Counted from the stretch's first letter, positions 32,171 through 43,118 are shown. The stretch is DNA of 64,000 nt from Spirochaetia bacterium (GCA_965208575.1 CBDBOV010000006.1:128001-192000), one strand, 5' to 3'. Numbers and translations are program-made. Notes: a model not told the origin generated them from the sequence alone.

Positions 32171-32282
32171 ATGGGTGCGACCGCCAGAAGCGGCAGATGT
32201 CGCACGGCCGGAATCGACGACGGCTTGCAGGAGCGCACGTCGGGCGGCCCGACCCAAACGCGGCCACGCAGAGGAGGTCGCG

Positions 32283-34808
32283 CTACCTCCCCGGCTCCGC
32301 GGCCGGCGCCGGGCCGTGGCATATGCGGTGGTGGGCAAAGCACGACAAAACGAGGTTCTCCGGCTCCGGGCCACCCCCCTCGGCAACCGGCAGCACGTGG
32401 TGGATCTGTAGCAGGTGGGAGGAATTGCAGCGGCGCCCGGTGAGCGGATCCCGAAAGCGGCAGCGTCCCCCGTCGCGCAGCCAGACGTGACGCCGGACCG
32501 CCGCCGGAATGGGGCGCCGCACCGGCGACCGGCGTGGGCCGCGCAGAGCATCGCGGCTGAACTGCGGCGATGCTCGCCCCGGCGCACCGCCGGCTCCACG
32601 TGCAGGCGACACGCCGCATGCCAACTCCGGCGGCGGAGGAGAGGCCGGTGAGAGCGGAGCGGTGACGGTGCCGTCGGCTGGGCCACCGCCGGCGAACATC
32701 GGCGCCGGAGGAGTGGCTGGTGAGAGCGGAGCGGCGCCAGTGCCGTCGGCTGGGCGACCGCCGGCGAACATCGGCGGCGAAGGAGAGGCGGGTGAGAGCG
32801 GAGCGGTGACGGTGCCGTCGGCTGGGCCGCCCGTGGCGAACTTCGGCGCCGGAGTAGCGCTCGGCGGGACCGGGGCGGCGGCGGTGCCACCCGTTGCGCC
32901 GCCACTGGTGAACTGCGGCGCCGCAGGCGCTTCCGGCGAGGCCGATGGCCCGACCGCGCGGGCGTCGCCCGCCGGCGCAGCGGGCACGTGGGCACCGGCG
33001 TTCTGACCCTCCGGCGCCGCAGGAGGGTCGGGCGTGACCGAAGCGGCGACACCTGCGCGGGTGCCGGGTGCCAATGGACCGGTTGTCTGCGCAGCCGGTG
33101 CGACGCTGCGCACCGGTGCTGCGCCAGGCGACGTTGCGGCGTCGGACTGCATCCGGGCGGCGGCGGTCTCTCCCTGCGGCGCCGGAGTATCGTCGCTCCC
33201 ACGCCCAGCCGAAGCGGCCGCCGGAGCGTCGCCTGTCGTGGTCCGCTCCGGCCGCGACGGCGCTGCCGTGCTGCCCGCGCGCTTCCGCCGGCGCCCGCCG
33301 CCGCCGGGGTCGTGCCGCGCCAGCGCCTCGCGCACCAGGCGCGCCACCAAGTCACCCCAAGACATGCGCGGGTCCACGTGCGACAGCAGGTTCTTCAGTT
33401 GGCGCAGTCCCTGCTCGCACTCCTGGTCGATGCTCACCTTCAAGGTGAAGCGGTCGGGCGCCACGGCGCGCAGCGTGTCGCGCGGCGGCACCACCTCGGG
33501 GGCGGCGTCCGCCAGCAGACCGGCGACCTGGCGGGTGGTCATGCCGGCGGCCTGCTCGATCAACTCGCGTTGGCGCCGCGGGTGCAGCAGCGGGGCGGCG
33601 GACATCGGCCCGGCAGACCGTTGCGTCATCGGATCACCGCGGGACGGCTCCGGTGCGAGCGCCGCGGTGGGCCGCGGCGCCGATGGGGCCACGACCGGCA
33701 ACGGTACCGGCGCTGCGCAACTCGCCGGCGGCCGAAGCGGGGCAGCAGGGAGCTGGTCCGAGGAAGGTGCGGCAGGACCGGGAGCGCGCGGGGGTGCGGG
33801 AGAGTGCGAGGCGGCACCGCCCGACTCCAGCCGCGCCGGCAGCGCATCGGCAGGCCCGGCGCCGCGGTGCTGCGCGGCGGCGTGGCTCGCGCCTGGCACT
33901 ACCGGCGCGTCTGCCGGCCCGTCGCACGCAAGTCCGGTGCGCAGCGCATGCCCCGCCGCCGCCGGCGGTGGCGCGTACACGGTGGCGGTATTCGGGTTCC
34001 ACCTGTCCGGGACACCCACCGGCGTCGAAGTCGGAGCGGCGCCCGAGGTGGCGACGCCCGAGTCCGATCGGCCCACCGGCTGCGAACCCGCCGCTCCCGG
34101 ACGGGCATCGACTGCCGCCGATTCGTCGGAACGTCGTCTGCCGCGGTCGCTCCCGGTATGCCGGTTTTCACGCTCTCGGAGGTCAGGCGGCGACTGCGCC
34201 GCCGATTCGACGGACGATCGGGTGCCGCGGTCGCTTCCGGTGTGCCGGTCTGCGCGGCCTTCGGTGTCACGGTGCCACCGCGCCTCCTGGTCGACGGCGG
34301 CCACGCCGTGCGCGGCGGATGCAGTCATCGCCGCGGCAGTGGCCACCCCCGCTCGCGCTCGGCACGGATCGGCTTCCCGGTCACCCGCTGCACCTGGCGA
34401 CGCAGGCAGCCCAGGCAGGTCGTGGCAGCACTCCTGACCGGCGTTCGGGCTCGCTCTCCGGGATTGGCGCTCGGCGGCGGCAAAGGCGGTCTCCAACTGC
34501 GCCGCCGCGGTCAGCGTCAGCTCGCCGCTGTGCAGCTTGGCCCGCACCCAGCCATGGCGCCGGCACAGCCGCATGGTCTGGATGCGGCGCTGCGCGGCGG
34601 CATCGGTGAAGCGCAACTCCCGCACCGCGTAGTCGAACAGGCTCGAGAACCCGCGCCGCGGCGCCAGGCCGCGACGGTCGATTTCGTCGAGGTGGTCCAG
34701 AATGTGCACTTCGAGGCCCCGCTGATTGGCCGCGAGGCGCCTGGTCTGGTCGAGGAGCTGCTGATCGCCGAGCGTGCTGAAGGGTCGTGTGCCGGTTCCG
34801 CTTGTCAT
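32283..34808 (-). CDS. HNH endonuclease with DUF222-like N-terminus and long Pro/Ala-rich linkers
   Basis: N-terminal HLDEIDRRGL...GFSSLFDYAVREL...AAQRRI; C-terminal IPAAVRRHVWLRDGGRC...IHHVLPVAEGG...NL..SC..HH; TATACT -10 box 6 nt before the ATG (leaderless). Confidence 0.85.
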   Translation of the reverse strand: MTSGTGTRPFSTLGDQQLLDQTRRLAANQRGLEVHILDHLDEIDRRGLAPRRGFSSLFDYAVRELRFTDAAAQRRIQTMRLCRRHGWVRAKLHSGELTLTAAAQLETAFAAAERQSRRASPNAGQECCHDLPGLPASPGAAGDREADPCRARAGVATAAAMTASAAHGVAAVDQEARWHRDTEGRADRHTGSDRGTRSSVESAAQSPPDLRERENRHTGSDRGRRRSDESAAVDARPGAAGSQPVGRSDSGVATSGAAPTSTPVGVPDRWNPNTATVYAPPPAAAGHALRTGLACDGPADAPVVPGASHAAAQHRGAGPADALPARLESGGAASHSPAPPRAPGPAAPSSDQLPAAPLRPPASCAAPVPLPVVAPSAPRPTAALAPEPSRGDPMTQRSAGPMSAAPLLHPRRQRELIEQAAGMTTRQVAGLLADAAPEVVPPRDTLRAVAPDRFTLKVSIDQECEQGLRQLKNLLSHVDPRMSWGDLVARLVREALARHDPGGGGRRRKRAGSTAAPSRPERTTTGDAPAAASAGRGSDDTPAPQGETAAARMQSDAATSPGAAPVRSVAPAAQTTGPLAPGTRAGVAASVTPDPPAAPEGQNAGAHVPAAPAGDARAVGPSASPEAPAAPQFTSGGATGGTAAAPVPPSATPAPKFATGGPADGTVTAPLSPASPSPPMFAGGRPADGTGAAPLSPATPPAPMFAGGGPADGTVTAPLSPASPPPPELACGVSPARGAGGAPGRASPQFSRDALRGPRRSPVRRPIPAAVRRHVWLRDGGRCRFRDPLTGRRCNSSHLLQIHHVLPVAEGGGPEPENLVLSCFAHHRICHGPAPAAEPGR
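32629..32916. repeat. Four 72-bp coding tandem repeats inside the HNH gene
   Basis: Unit approximately VTAPLSPASPSPPMFAGGRPADGT (24 aa). Confidence 0.85.
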
Positions 34809-35394
34809 ACGGTAAGTATACTACTGACCTGTAGATAGCCCGTTTCTTCGGGTCTCAGACCCGGTGCCGGCAGCGCCTGTGGGGCGCGAAATGGCGCCTC
34901 CGGGGGCACGCGCTCGGGCACTTGGCGGTTGCAGGCCATTGTCGGGCTTCCAGGCGCGCCAGGGGCCTTCAGCGGCAGCGAAAACTGCGTCAACCCCTGC
35001 GGCCGATTTTGTGCAGGATTTTCGGCGCAGGCGGCTTGCCGAGCACCGCGGCAGGCAGGAACCACGCCGCCGCCTCGGGACTGTCCCACCGGTACGTGGG
35101 CACGCAAGGACACCGGCGCGCGGCAGCCCACTCGATCCGCAATCTGTTGCCGTGTCGCCCGCGTGCAATGCTGGGAGATCGGCGCGTGCTGATTCTGTCA
35201 ACCGCCATTGCCGCCTTCCGCGTTCGCACCCAGCACCATGACCGCGTCGAGCTGGTCCGTCGTGCCGCGGCTTACCTCCGAGACAGCTTGGCGGGCTTCC
35301 GACCGCCCGGCCATGCGGTCGCGCCCGCGGGCCGGCGGCACGCAGCCTGAGTGCGCTCATTGACATGGTGACGGGCGCGTGGCAGATTCGAGCG

Positions 35395-36270
35395 ATGCCT
35401 GCGACCGTAATCGACCAAGCGCACGCCGAAGGGTATCGCAACGACGGCTACGTGCTGCTGCGGGACGTGTTGGAAGACGCGGCCCTGCAGCCGGTGCACG
35501 ACGCCATCAAGGCCGAGGTGGACCAGCTCGCCGACCGGTTCCACCGGGAGGGCAAGGTCAGCTCGCGCTATGCGGACGAGCCGTTCAACCGGCGCCTGGT
35601 GCTGCTGTGCGAGGAAGCCGGGGAGCAGGTGAAGATATGGGAGCTGCGAACGCGGGCAGCGGTCACGCCGGCGCTGTACGAATTCGTACGCCATCCCGCG
35701 CTGCTGGACCTGATGACCGCGCTCCTGGGGCCGGAAGTCGCCTGGACGGGAAGCTTCGCGGTGCGCCTGAAGCTGCCCGAAACCGAGGAGACCGCGTTCC
35801 CCTGGCACCAGGATACCCAGTATTACGGCAACCCGACCCGGCACCTGCACGTGATCTCGGTGTGGATTCCGCTGGTCGACGTGGACGAGCGCAACGGCTG
35901 CATGCACCTGCTGGCCGGCAGCCACCAATGGGGTCTGCTCGGCGGCGCGCGGGACGCCCAGCGTGTCGTGCGCATGTTCGAGGACGTGGAACAGCGCGCC
36001 AAGCCGGTCGTGCTGCCGATGCGGCGCGGCGACCTGCTGGCGTTCAGCAACCTCACCTGCCACGCCAGCATGCTGAACACCACCAACGAGGTGCGCTGGA
36101 GCGTCGACCTCCGCTATATCGTTCCCGAGGCCGCCGTCGCGCGCAGCGACGACGAGCGGCACGGCTACGCCACCATCTACGATCACTACCGCATGCGCCC
36201 GATCACCGTGGCCAGCCGCGACCCCGACCAGGTAGTACCCTGGGAGCAGATCCGCAACCTCGTCAGTTAA
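35395..36270 (+). CDS. Phytanoyl-CoA dioxygenase (PhyH) family enzyme
   Basis: YRNDGYV, PWHQD, SVWIPL, GCMHLLAGSH, RWSVDLRY. Confidence 0.92.
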   Translation: MPATVIDQAHAEGYRNDGYVLLRDVLEDAALQPVHDAIKAEVDQLADRFHREGKVSSRYADEPFNRRLVLLCEEAGEQVKIWELRTRAAVTPALYEFVRHPALLDLMTALLGPEVAWTGSFAVRLKLPETEETAFPWHQDTQYYGNPTRHLHVISVWIPLVDVDERNGCMHLLAGSHQWGLLGGARDAQRVVRMFEDVEQRAKPVVLPMRRGDLLAFSNLTCHASMLNTTNEVRWSVDLRYIVPEAAVARSDDERHGYATIYDHYRMRPITVASRDPDQVVPWEQIRNLVS

Positions 36271-36291
36271 TACCCTATTTACTACCCTCTC

Positions 36292-37356
36292 TCAGGCGCT
36301 GCTACCCTCATTCTTCGTGACCGCCCGCCAACGGGCACCCGGCCCGCGACCGCGGCACGTGACATCGCCGGTCTTTTTCAGGTCGGCCAGAAGCCTGCGG
36401 ATCCAGTCGCGTCCGACACCGGGACATTCGCGTTCCAGGTCGCTCAGGCGGAATTCGCCCGGCTGAGCGCGTATCGCGGCGAGCACGAGCGCCGACTTGC
36501 CGCCACGCGCGGTTTTGACCTGCTGCACGCGCTCTTCCAACTCGACGTAACCGCGGCGAATGACCGCAAACAGGAAGTTGAACCAGGGAGTCAGTTCGTG
36601 CTTGCCGTCGTGCCAGCGCTGCGAACTGCGGTAGAGAGATTCGTAGTACGCTTCCCGCGATTCCTCGATCAGGCGTTCGAGGCTGAGGTAGCGGCCCACC
36701 TCGTAGCCGTGCTGCCTGAGCGCAAGCAGGGTGAGCAGCCGCGACACGCGCCCGTTGCCGTCCCGAAACGGGTGGATGCAGAGGAAGTCCAGGACCAGCG
36801 CGGCAATGGCGATCAGCGGCAGGATGTTTTCCTGGTCGAGCGCGAATCGGTACCGCTCGCAGAGTTCCTCGACCGCTGCTGGCGTTTCCGCCGCCGCCAC
36901 GCACCGGAACCGGACCACCGGTGCCTGCCCGGGGCGCAGTTCGACGATGTCGTTGTCGACGCGCTTGAACCGCCCGGCGTCGCCGCTCGCCGACTGGCAC
37001 AGAGCATGCAGATGCAGCAGCGTATCCGGTGTCACGCCGAGAGAAGCTGTGCCGGCGTGAATCTGGTCCATTGCGCGACGGTAGCCGTGGACCTCCTTTT
37101 CGGGCCGGTCGCGAGGAGTAGCCCTGCCGAGCACGAGCGCGTGCAGGCGGTCGTGAGCGACCGTCACACCTTCGATCCGATTGGACGACTCCACGCTCTG
37201 AATCGTGGCGGAGTCTCGGAGCGCCTTGAGAACCTGCGGCGACTGGCGGGAATACAGCTCCTGCTTGCCCTTGTACTCGGCGATGTCGGTGAGCAGCCAC
37301 GTCGTGCCCATCGGCATCTCGTAGTCGCGCAATCGGTTGTCCCGGAACGAATTCAT
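36292..37356 (-). CDS. Fic family protein with C-terminal HTH
   Basis: HPFRDGNGRVSR Fic motif; SNRIEG inhibitory-type motif. Confidence 0.92.
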   Translation of the reverse strand: MNSFRDNRLRDYEMPMGTTWLLTDIAEYKGKQELYSRQSPQVLKALRDSATIQSVESSNRIEGVTVAHDRLHALVLGRATPRDRPEKEVHGYRRAMDQIHAGTASLGVTPDTLLHLHALCQSASGDAGRFKRVDNDIVELRPGQAPVVRFRCVAAAETPAAVEELCERYRFALDQENILPLIAIAALVLDFLCIHPFRDGNGRVSRLLTLLALRQHGYEVGRYLSLERLIEESREAYYESLYRSSQRWHDGKHELTPWFNFLFAVIRRGYVELEERVQQVKTARGGKSALVLAAIRAQPGEFRLSDLERECPGVGRDWIRRLLADLKKTGDVTCRGRGPGARWRAVTKNEGSSA

Positions 37357-37430
37357 GATCGGCTCCGCACCCGGCAGGTCACCCGGCACCACCATATGAG
37401 GTTGCCGGGCGCCCGACAACCTCATTCCTG

Positions 37431-38133
37431 TCACGGCATGAACAGCCCGCCGCTGACGTGCAGCGACTGCCCGGTGACGTACTCGGCGGCATCCGAGGCG
37501 AAAAAGGCTACCGCGTGGGCGACGTCTTCCGGTTCTCCCCGGCGCTTGGCGAGGATCGGGATGCCGAGCCAGCGCAGGTCCTGCGCTTCGTCGATCCGGA
37601 TCGGCTCGCTGCGCTCCTCTTCCACGTCGCGGTACTTGCGTATCATGCAGGGCAGGATCGCGTTGGCCGTGACGTAGGGCGCGCCCTCATGGGCGATCCC
37701 CTTGGTCATGGCGATCAGGGCCGCCTTGGAGGCGGCGTAGGAAGGTGGCGCGCGCGTTGACGTTCATCACCCGGTCCCACTCCGCGCAGGGCGTGTCGAC
37801 GATCCTGTGCGCCTGGCCGGTGCCGCTGTTGCTCACCAGGATGTCCACCGCGCCGAACGCCTCCTCCGCCTCCCGCACCAGCTCCTCGCACTGCGCGACA
37901 TCCGCCACGTCCACCCGGATGGCAACCGAGCGCCTGCCCATGGCCTCGATCCTGGCGCAGATGTTGCGGGCTTCTTCCCCGCTCGTGTGGTAGTTGACCG
38001 CCACGTCGGCCCCGGCCCGCGCCAGTACCTGGCAGATGGTGGCGCCAATGCTTCGCCCACCGCCGGTAACCAATGCTACCCTGCCGGAAAGATCGATCGA
38101 CCCCGCCTCAAGCTCCTGCTTCCTGCCAGACAT
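37431..38133 (-). pseudogene. SDR-family oxidoreductase with internal deletion and frameshift
   Basis: VALVTGGGRSIG; NARATF is joined out of frame directly to YAASK; ends YVTGQSLHVSGG. Confidence 0.85.
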
Positions 38134-38232
38134 GCCGTCCTTTGTACCCCGCATCCGCTCACCCGGAACAGGCGCCGGAACAGCCGCGGGTCCGCCTGGA
38201 ATCCAAAGTAGCTACGGAGGTAGCATGCTGGT

Positions 38233-38454
38233 ATGAAACTGAGTATCAGCCTGCCGCAGCGGGACGTGGAGTTGCTCGACGAGTACGTGCGAACGCGACG
38301 CGTGAAGTCGCGTTCGGCCGCGGTGCAGCGGGCCGTCGACCTGCTGCGGGCGGTGGACTTGGCAGACGACTACGCCGCCGCGTGGGCGGAGCGGGACGCT
38401 GCCGGCGACGAATCGGCGTGGGATCGTACGATCCGCGACGGTCTGGCGACCTGA
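38233..38454 (+). CDS. RHH antitoxin, MazE9-like (no adjacent toxin)
   Basis: MKLSISL..D..LLDEYV...SRSAAVQ...LADDYAAAW...W..TI.DG resembles mycobacterial MazE9; RBS ggagg. Confidence 0.8.
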   Translation: MKLSISLPQRDVELLDEYVRTRRVKSRSAAVQRAVDLLRAVDLADDYAAAWAERDAAGDESAWDRTIRDGLAT

Positions 38455-38498
38455 AGGCCGCGCAGCCGAGTTGCGCCACGTCGCCTGTGTTGACCAGT

Positions 38499-39848
38499 TC
38501 AGTTGTTCAGTGTCTTCCTGGCGTTGGCGTGGTAGAAGGCCGCTCTGCCAACGCCGCCGCGCTCCACGAGCCCGGCATCCCGCAGCACCCGGAGTTCGCG
38601 CAGCGCCGTATCGCCGCTGACGGCCAGGAAGGTCGCCGCCTCGTCCTTGGTGGTGCGCGTGCGTCCGGCGACGAACTGATATAGCCGGCTCTGACGGCCC
38701 GATAGAAGCGACTCGGTGTCCAGCCGCGGCCGGAAGGTGACCACGAAAAAGTTGGATGCCGAGATCTCCATCGGGGGGTTGCCGTTCTCCTCCAGCGCCT
38801 GCCTGATCCGCGGGATGCCACTGCCGACGCGTTCCACGTAGCGGGCGCGGAACAGGAGATCGGCCACCAGGCGGTTGCGACGCACACTGCGCTTGCCCAA
38901 GTCTGCCAGCGACAGTCCGCTGAACAGGCCGCCGGGGTTCTCGACTTCCAGCCGGTCCGCGAAGATGCTGACAAAGACGTGCGCGGCATCGTAGTGGTAG
39001 TCGCGATGCATGACCGCGTTGGTGATCGCCTCCCGGATGGCGACCGGCGGGTACTCGTACACGTCGCGGCGTTGCGGGCGAGCGTCCACGAGGTACGCGG
39101 TGCGGATGTTCCTGGAGGTGAAGGCAATTGCGCCCTCAATGAGCTCGGGAGGGCTGCCGGTGATCTCCTGCCGATCGAGCACGTCGAGCCGCTCCGTTCC
39201 CGCGAAGCGCACGCAGCTTACGTGGCTCTCCTTCACGTAGCGTTGTGGGTCGCGAGCGAAGAACAGGACGCCGCCTTGCCGGAAAGAGATGCCCTCCGCG
39301 GCCGGTACCGCCGCGTCGAGACTTGCGAGCAGGTCTTCCGGACGCGCCTCGATGCGGATTCCCGCGGCCTGCAGGTAGGCGCGATAGCGGTTCCGGTCGA
39401 AGTCCCGCGGGTAGCGAAAGTGCCGGTTGACGCTTTCGTCGAAGTGGTAGTCGCCGGCCTGCAGCACCAGTCGCCGTATCTCGGCGGTGCTGAGCTTCTG
39501 CGTCGTCGCGCCCTGCCTCAGGTAGAAGCCTTCCTTGCAGCGATACGGTTTCTGTACCCCCTCGGCCACCACCACCTCCAGCACGCCGGGGCCCAGGTTG
39601 GCTACCTCGACCTGAACCGAGGGATCGCAGTTGCGGGCGATGGCCTGTATCTCGCTGCGCACGCGGTTGGAGGTGTCAACGCCGACCACCTCGCCGGCAT
39701 CGTCGACGCCGAGCAGAACCGTGCCGCCCGAGGAGTTCGCGAATGCAACGATCTCACGGTCGAGCCGGGACAGTGACTGTCTGAATTCGAGGCGCTGCCC
39801 TTCCCCTTCGGCCAGGAGCAGGGCGAGGCGGCCTGCCGGGTCGATCAT
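38499..39848 (-). CDS. AlbA_2 (Schlafen-like) + HATPase_c_4 + HTH protein (RecG-C-like)
   Basis: GEGQRLEF, AFANSSGG.VLLGVDD, YP..AIREAITNAVMHRDY, NPGG, RN..ADL, GSGIPR. Confidence 0.9.
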   Translation of the reverse strand: MIDPAGRLALLLAEGEGQRLEFRQSLSRLDREIVAFANSSGGTVLLGVDDAGEVVGVDTSNRVRSEIQAIARNCDPSVQVEVANLGPGVLEVVVAEGVQKPYRCKEGFYLRQGATTQKLSTAEIRRLVLQAGDYHFDESVNRHFRYPRDFDRNRYRAYLQAAGIRIEARPEDLLASLDAAVPAAEGISFRQGGVLFFARDPQRYVKESHVSCVRFAGTERLDVLDRQEITGSPPELIEGAIAFTSRNIRTAYLVDARPQRRDVYEYPPVAIREAITNAVMHRDYHYDAAHVFVSIFADRLEVENPGGLFSGLSLADLGKRSVRRNRLVADLLFRARYVERVGSGIPRIRQALEENGNPPMEISASNFFVVTFRPRLDTESLLSGRQSRLYQFVAGRTRTTKDEAATFLAVSGDTALRELRVLRDAGLVERGGVGRAAFYHANARKTLNN

Positions 39849-40228
39849 CTGAGCCAGTGTACCAAGCCAGACCCCCGATGTACAGTGTTTGCGGCGCAAA
39901 TGCTTCGCAAATGCGGCGCATTTCTAGTCTACGACGCCCGCATTCAATGCAGCCGGTGTTTCGCCACGGGCTGCTGGCGCTACATCCCCCAGACCGTGAC
40001 AGGTGCGTCGGCTTCCGCCGGCGCGCGGCGGAAGATCTTTTCCGCCCAGGTTCGCTCCGGCGTGCGGTCGAACACGACCAGGCGGCCCGCCGCCGCCCCG
40101 CAGCGGTCCATCGGTGGCGGGGCATCTTGGCGGCTGATCGCGTCGTTCGACGGCGTAGCATGCTACACTCGACCAAAGACGCCCGGCCAACCCCAAACCG
40201 CCCGGCGTCGTCAACGAGGGTCGCAACC

Positions 40229-41801
40229 ATGCGTTCGTTCAATACTGCCGGTCCCGTCAAGCCCGACAAGCACTATTGCATCCCGCCGCTTGAGCGGATC
40301 GACCTTGACGAAGTCCTTGGGCTGGTGCGAGACGAGCGGTACTTCGTGCTGCACGCGCCGCGGCAGACCGGCAAGACGTCGGCGTTGCTGGCGCTGGCCG
40401 ACGTGCTGAACGAGCGCGGCTACCGGTGCGTGTACGCCACGGTGGAGACCGCCCGCACCGCACGTGATGACGTGGAGCGAGCGATGCGCGTGGTGCTCGC
40501 CACCCTGGCGGAGGCGGCGCAGGGGGTAGACGACGCGTTTCTGGAGGACAAGTGGGCGGAGATTCTCGCCATGTTCGGGCCGGATCGGCGTTGGGCGCGG
40601 CGCTGTCGCGGTGGGCGCAGGCGGCCCCGCAACCGCTGGTGCTGCTGATCGACGAGATCGACACGCTGACGGGCGATTCGCTCCTGTCGGTACTGCAGCA
40701 GATCCGTGCCGGCTACCCCCGCCGCCCGGCGCGCATGCCGCACAGCGTGGTCCTGTGCGGCATGCGCGACCCACGCGACTACCGCATGGGCGCTGCCGGC
40801 AGCCCGTTCAACATCGCCGCGAAGTCGCTACGACTGGGCGACCTCTCGCGCCAGGAGACGCTGGCGCTGCTGGCCCAGCACACCGAGCAGACCGGCAGGC
40901 GTTTACGCCCGAGGCGCTGGAGGCGGTGTGGACGCAGACCCGCGGCCAGCCCTGGCTGGTGAACGCGCTGGCGTACGGTGTCTGTTTCGAGAACAAGACG
41001 CTGCGCGAAGACCGCTCCCGCACGGTGACCGCGGACGACATCGCCGCGGTGCGCGAGGAGCTGATCGCGAACCGGGTGACGCACCTCGACTATCTGGCCG
41101 ACAAGCTGCGCGAGGACCGCGTGCGGCGGGTGATCGAGCCGATGCTGAGCGGCACGCACCGGCACACCTTCACGGACCGCGATGTCGGGTACGCGCGCGA
41201 CCTCGGGCTGCTGGCCCGCGACGCGCCGCTGCGGGTGGCCAACCCGATCTACGCCGAAGTGCTGCCGCGCGAACTCGCGTGGGTGGCGCAGGAGACGCTG
41301 GAGCTGTCGCCGCCGCGGTACGTGAGGGCGGACGGCAGCCTGGACGCGGAGTTGCTGATGACGGAGTTCCAGGGCTTCTTCCGCCGCCACTGCGAGCATT
41401 GGCGCAACCGCTTCGCGTACGAGGAGGCGTGGCCGCAGTTGCTGCTGCAGGCGTACCTGCAGCGCGTGGTGAACGGCGGCGGCCGCATCGAGCGGGAGTA
41501 CGCGCTCGGGAGTGGCAGGGTGGACCTGCTGATCGTGTGGCCGCTGGCCGACCGGGTGCAGGAGTTCGTGGTGGAGTGCAAGGTGGTGCGCGAGCACGAC
41601 GGGCTGGACACCGTGGTGGACGAGGGCGTGGAGCAGACGGCTCGCTACGTGGACCGCTGCGCGGCGGAGGCCGGGCACCTGATCGTGATCGACAAGCGGG
41701 AGAACCGGAGCTGGGAGGAGAAGATCTACCGCACCCGGCGCCGCTCGGCGCATCTGCGGCGCGGCGGCGGCGCCGTGCCGGTAGCGGTGTGGGGGATGTG
41801 A
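40229..41801 (+). pseudogene. AAA-ATPase/PD-(D/E)XK protein with two frameshifts (~40590, ~40897)
   Basis: FNTAGP, HAPRQTGKT, LLIDEID, GSPFNI, GQPWLVN, IEREYALGSGRVDL...VECK spread over three frames. Confidence 0.85.
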
Positions 41802-41881
41802 GTTAGCGGTCGGCCCTGATCCGCAGCATCGATCGACTCCAGGAGCATCCAGCAGCCCGTGGAGTAGGGCGCTGCTCGAAA

Positions 41882-42278
41882 ATGCAACCTCAGGGTTTGA
41901 TAGGAGAGGCCCTCGTAGGGTACAACACGCCGTTCGAAGAGTGGCCCGAAGAGGTCAAGAAGGCTTATACGTATGACCCGGAAGGAGCCGAGAAGCTCCT
42001 CGATGAGGCGGGATATCCACGCGGCGCGGACGGCATTCGATTGACGCCCACCATGACCGCTTTCGAGTTTGCCATTGATTACTTCGAACTCGTGGCCGGC
42101 TACTGGAAGGAAATCGGCGTTGACGTGGATGTGTCCATTCCGCCGGCGGGTGCTTACGGGGGCATGGTTCGTGAGGCGCAATACGGAGACATGGTCTCCT
42201 GGGCTGCTGCGGTCCAGTATCTTGCCCCGGTCGAGCCGATTGGCTACTACTACTCGGGGTCAAGCTGGAACCCCCCAC
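41882..42278 (+). pseudogene. Internal fragment of a family-5 SBP gene
   Basis: TPFEEWPEEV..Y.YDPEGAEKLLDEAGYPRGADG, as in the 50321 paralog. Confidence 0.9.
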
Positions 42279-42480
42279 GGGTGCGAACGCCAAAAGCAGT
42301 AGCAAATCGTTGACCCCGGGGCCGAAAAAAGGTCTACCTACCCCACGACACCACTCCATGGGGAGGTAGACCATGAATACGGAAGGACTTATAGCAGCCG
42401 CCGGGGGGCTCGTCAAGGAGTTGCAAGGGCGCATCAACGGCGGCGGGATGGATCTCCAGGAGGCGGAAGCCAGGATCGGT
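42279..42480 (+). mobile_element. Probable IS left-end remnant (ISKra4/IS256-like) with transposase 5' stub
   Basis: Abrupt start gggtgcgaacgccaaaag; hairpin ggtctacct...aggtagacc covers the RBS of ATG 42373. Confidence 0.45.
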
Positions 42481-42519
42481 ACGAGCAGCAGCAGGCGCAG
42501 CCGGAAGACGTCACGGGCT

Positions 42520-43033
42520 GGCCCACTTCCTGGCACGGCTGTGGCGGCGAGAAGCCGCTCGGCACCGCCGGCGGCGTGGTGGCCTCGCGGCTGGTCAGGG
42601 GCGCGGTGATCGCGGTCAAGGAGAACGACTACCTGCAGGCGGCCACGGCCACCGGCAGCACCCGGTTGGCAGCGCTGGTGCGCCACGTGCTGCCCAACGT
42701 GGCGGCGCCGATCATCGTGGTGTTCAGCATCAACATCGGCGCGGTGATCATCAGCGAGGCCAGCTTGAGCTTCCTCGGATTCGGTCTGCCGGTTGAGATT
42801 CCGAGCTGGGGACGCTGCTGAGCCGGGACGGGCGCAAGTACATGGAGCAGGCGCCGTGGCTGGCGCTGTGGCCCGGCCTGTGCCTGACCCTGACCGTCTA
42901 CAGCCTCAACATGTTCGGCGACGCCGTCCGCGACCTGCTCGACCCGCGCCTCCGCGGCGGCGGCGGACGCCTCGGCACCCACCGCGGCCGCACGCCTCAA
43001 CCAGGGTCCGGTCGCCGCCGGTCACTCGGGTGA
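42520..43033 (+). pseudogene. OppC-like permease with internal deletion and frameshifts
   Basis: 5' and 3' parts match the 47696/53205 paralogs and are joined at the repeat ggcggcgtggt. Confidence 0.9.
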
Positions 43034-43118
43034 GGATTGTCAATTCACGGCATTTACGGCAGTTGTTGCGTTTGCGACGTTTATCGGTTACCCTTGGGTA
43101 CAGATACGGGGAGGATCT

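Noticed and set aside
32629-32916. Regular repeats as a possible CRISPR array
   Set aside because: 72-bp head-to-tail in-frame coding repeats with no unique spacers; no cas genes in the window
40229-41801. Programmed frameshifting in the AAA gene
   Set aside because: No slippery heptamer seen at the shifts; decay or sequencing indels are more likely
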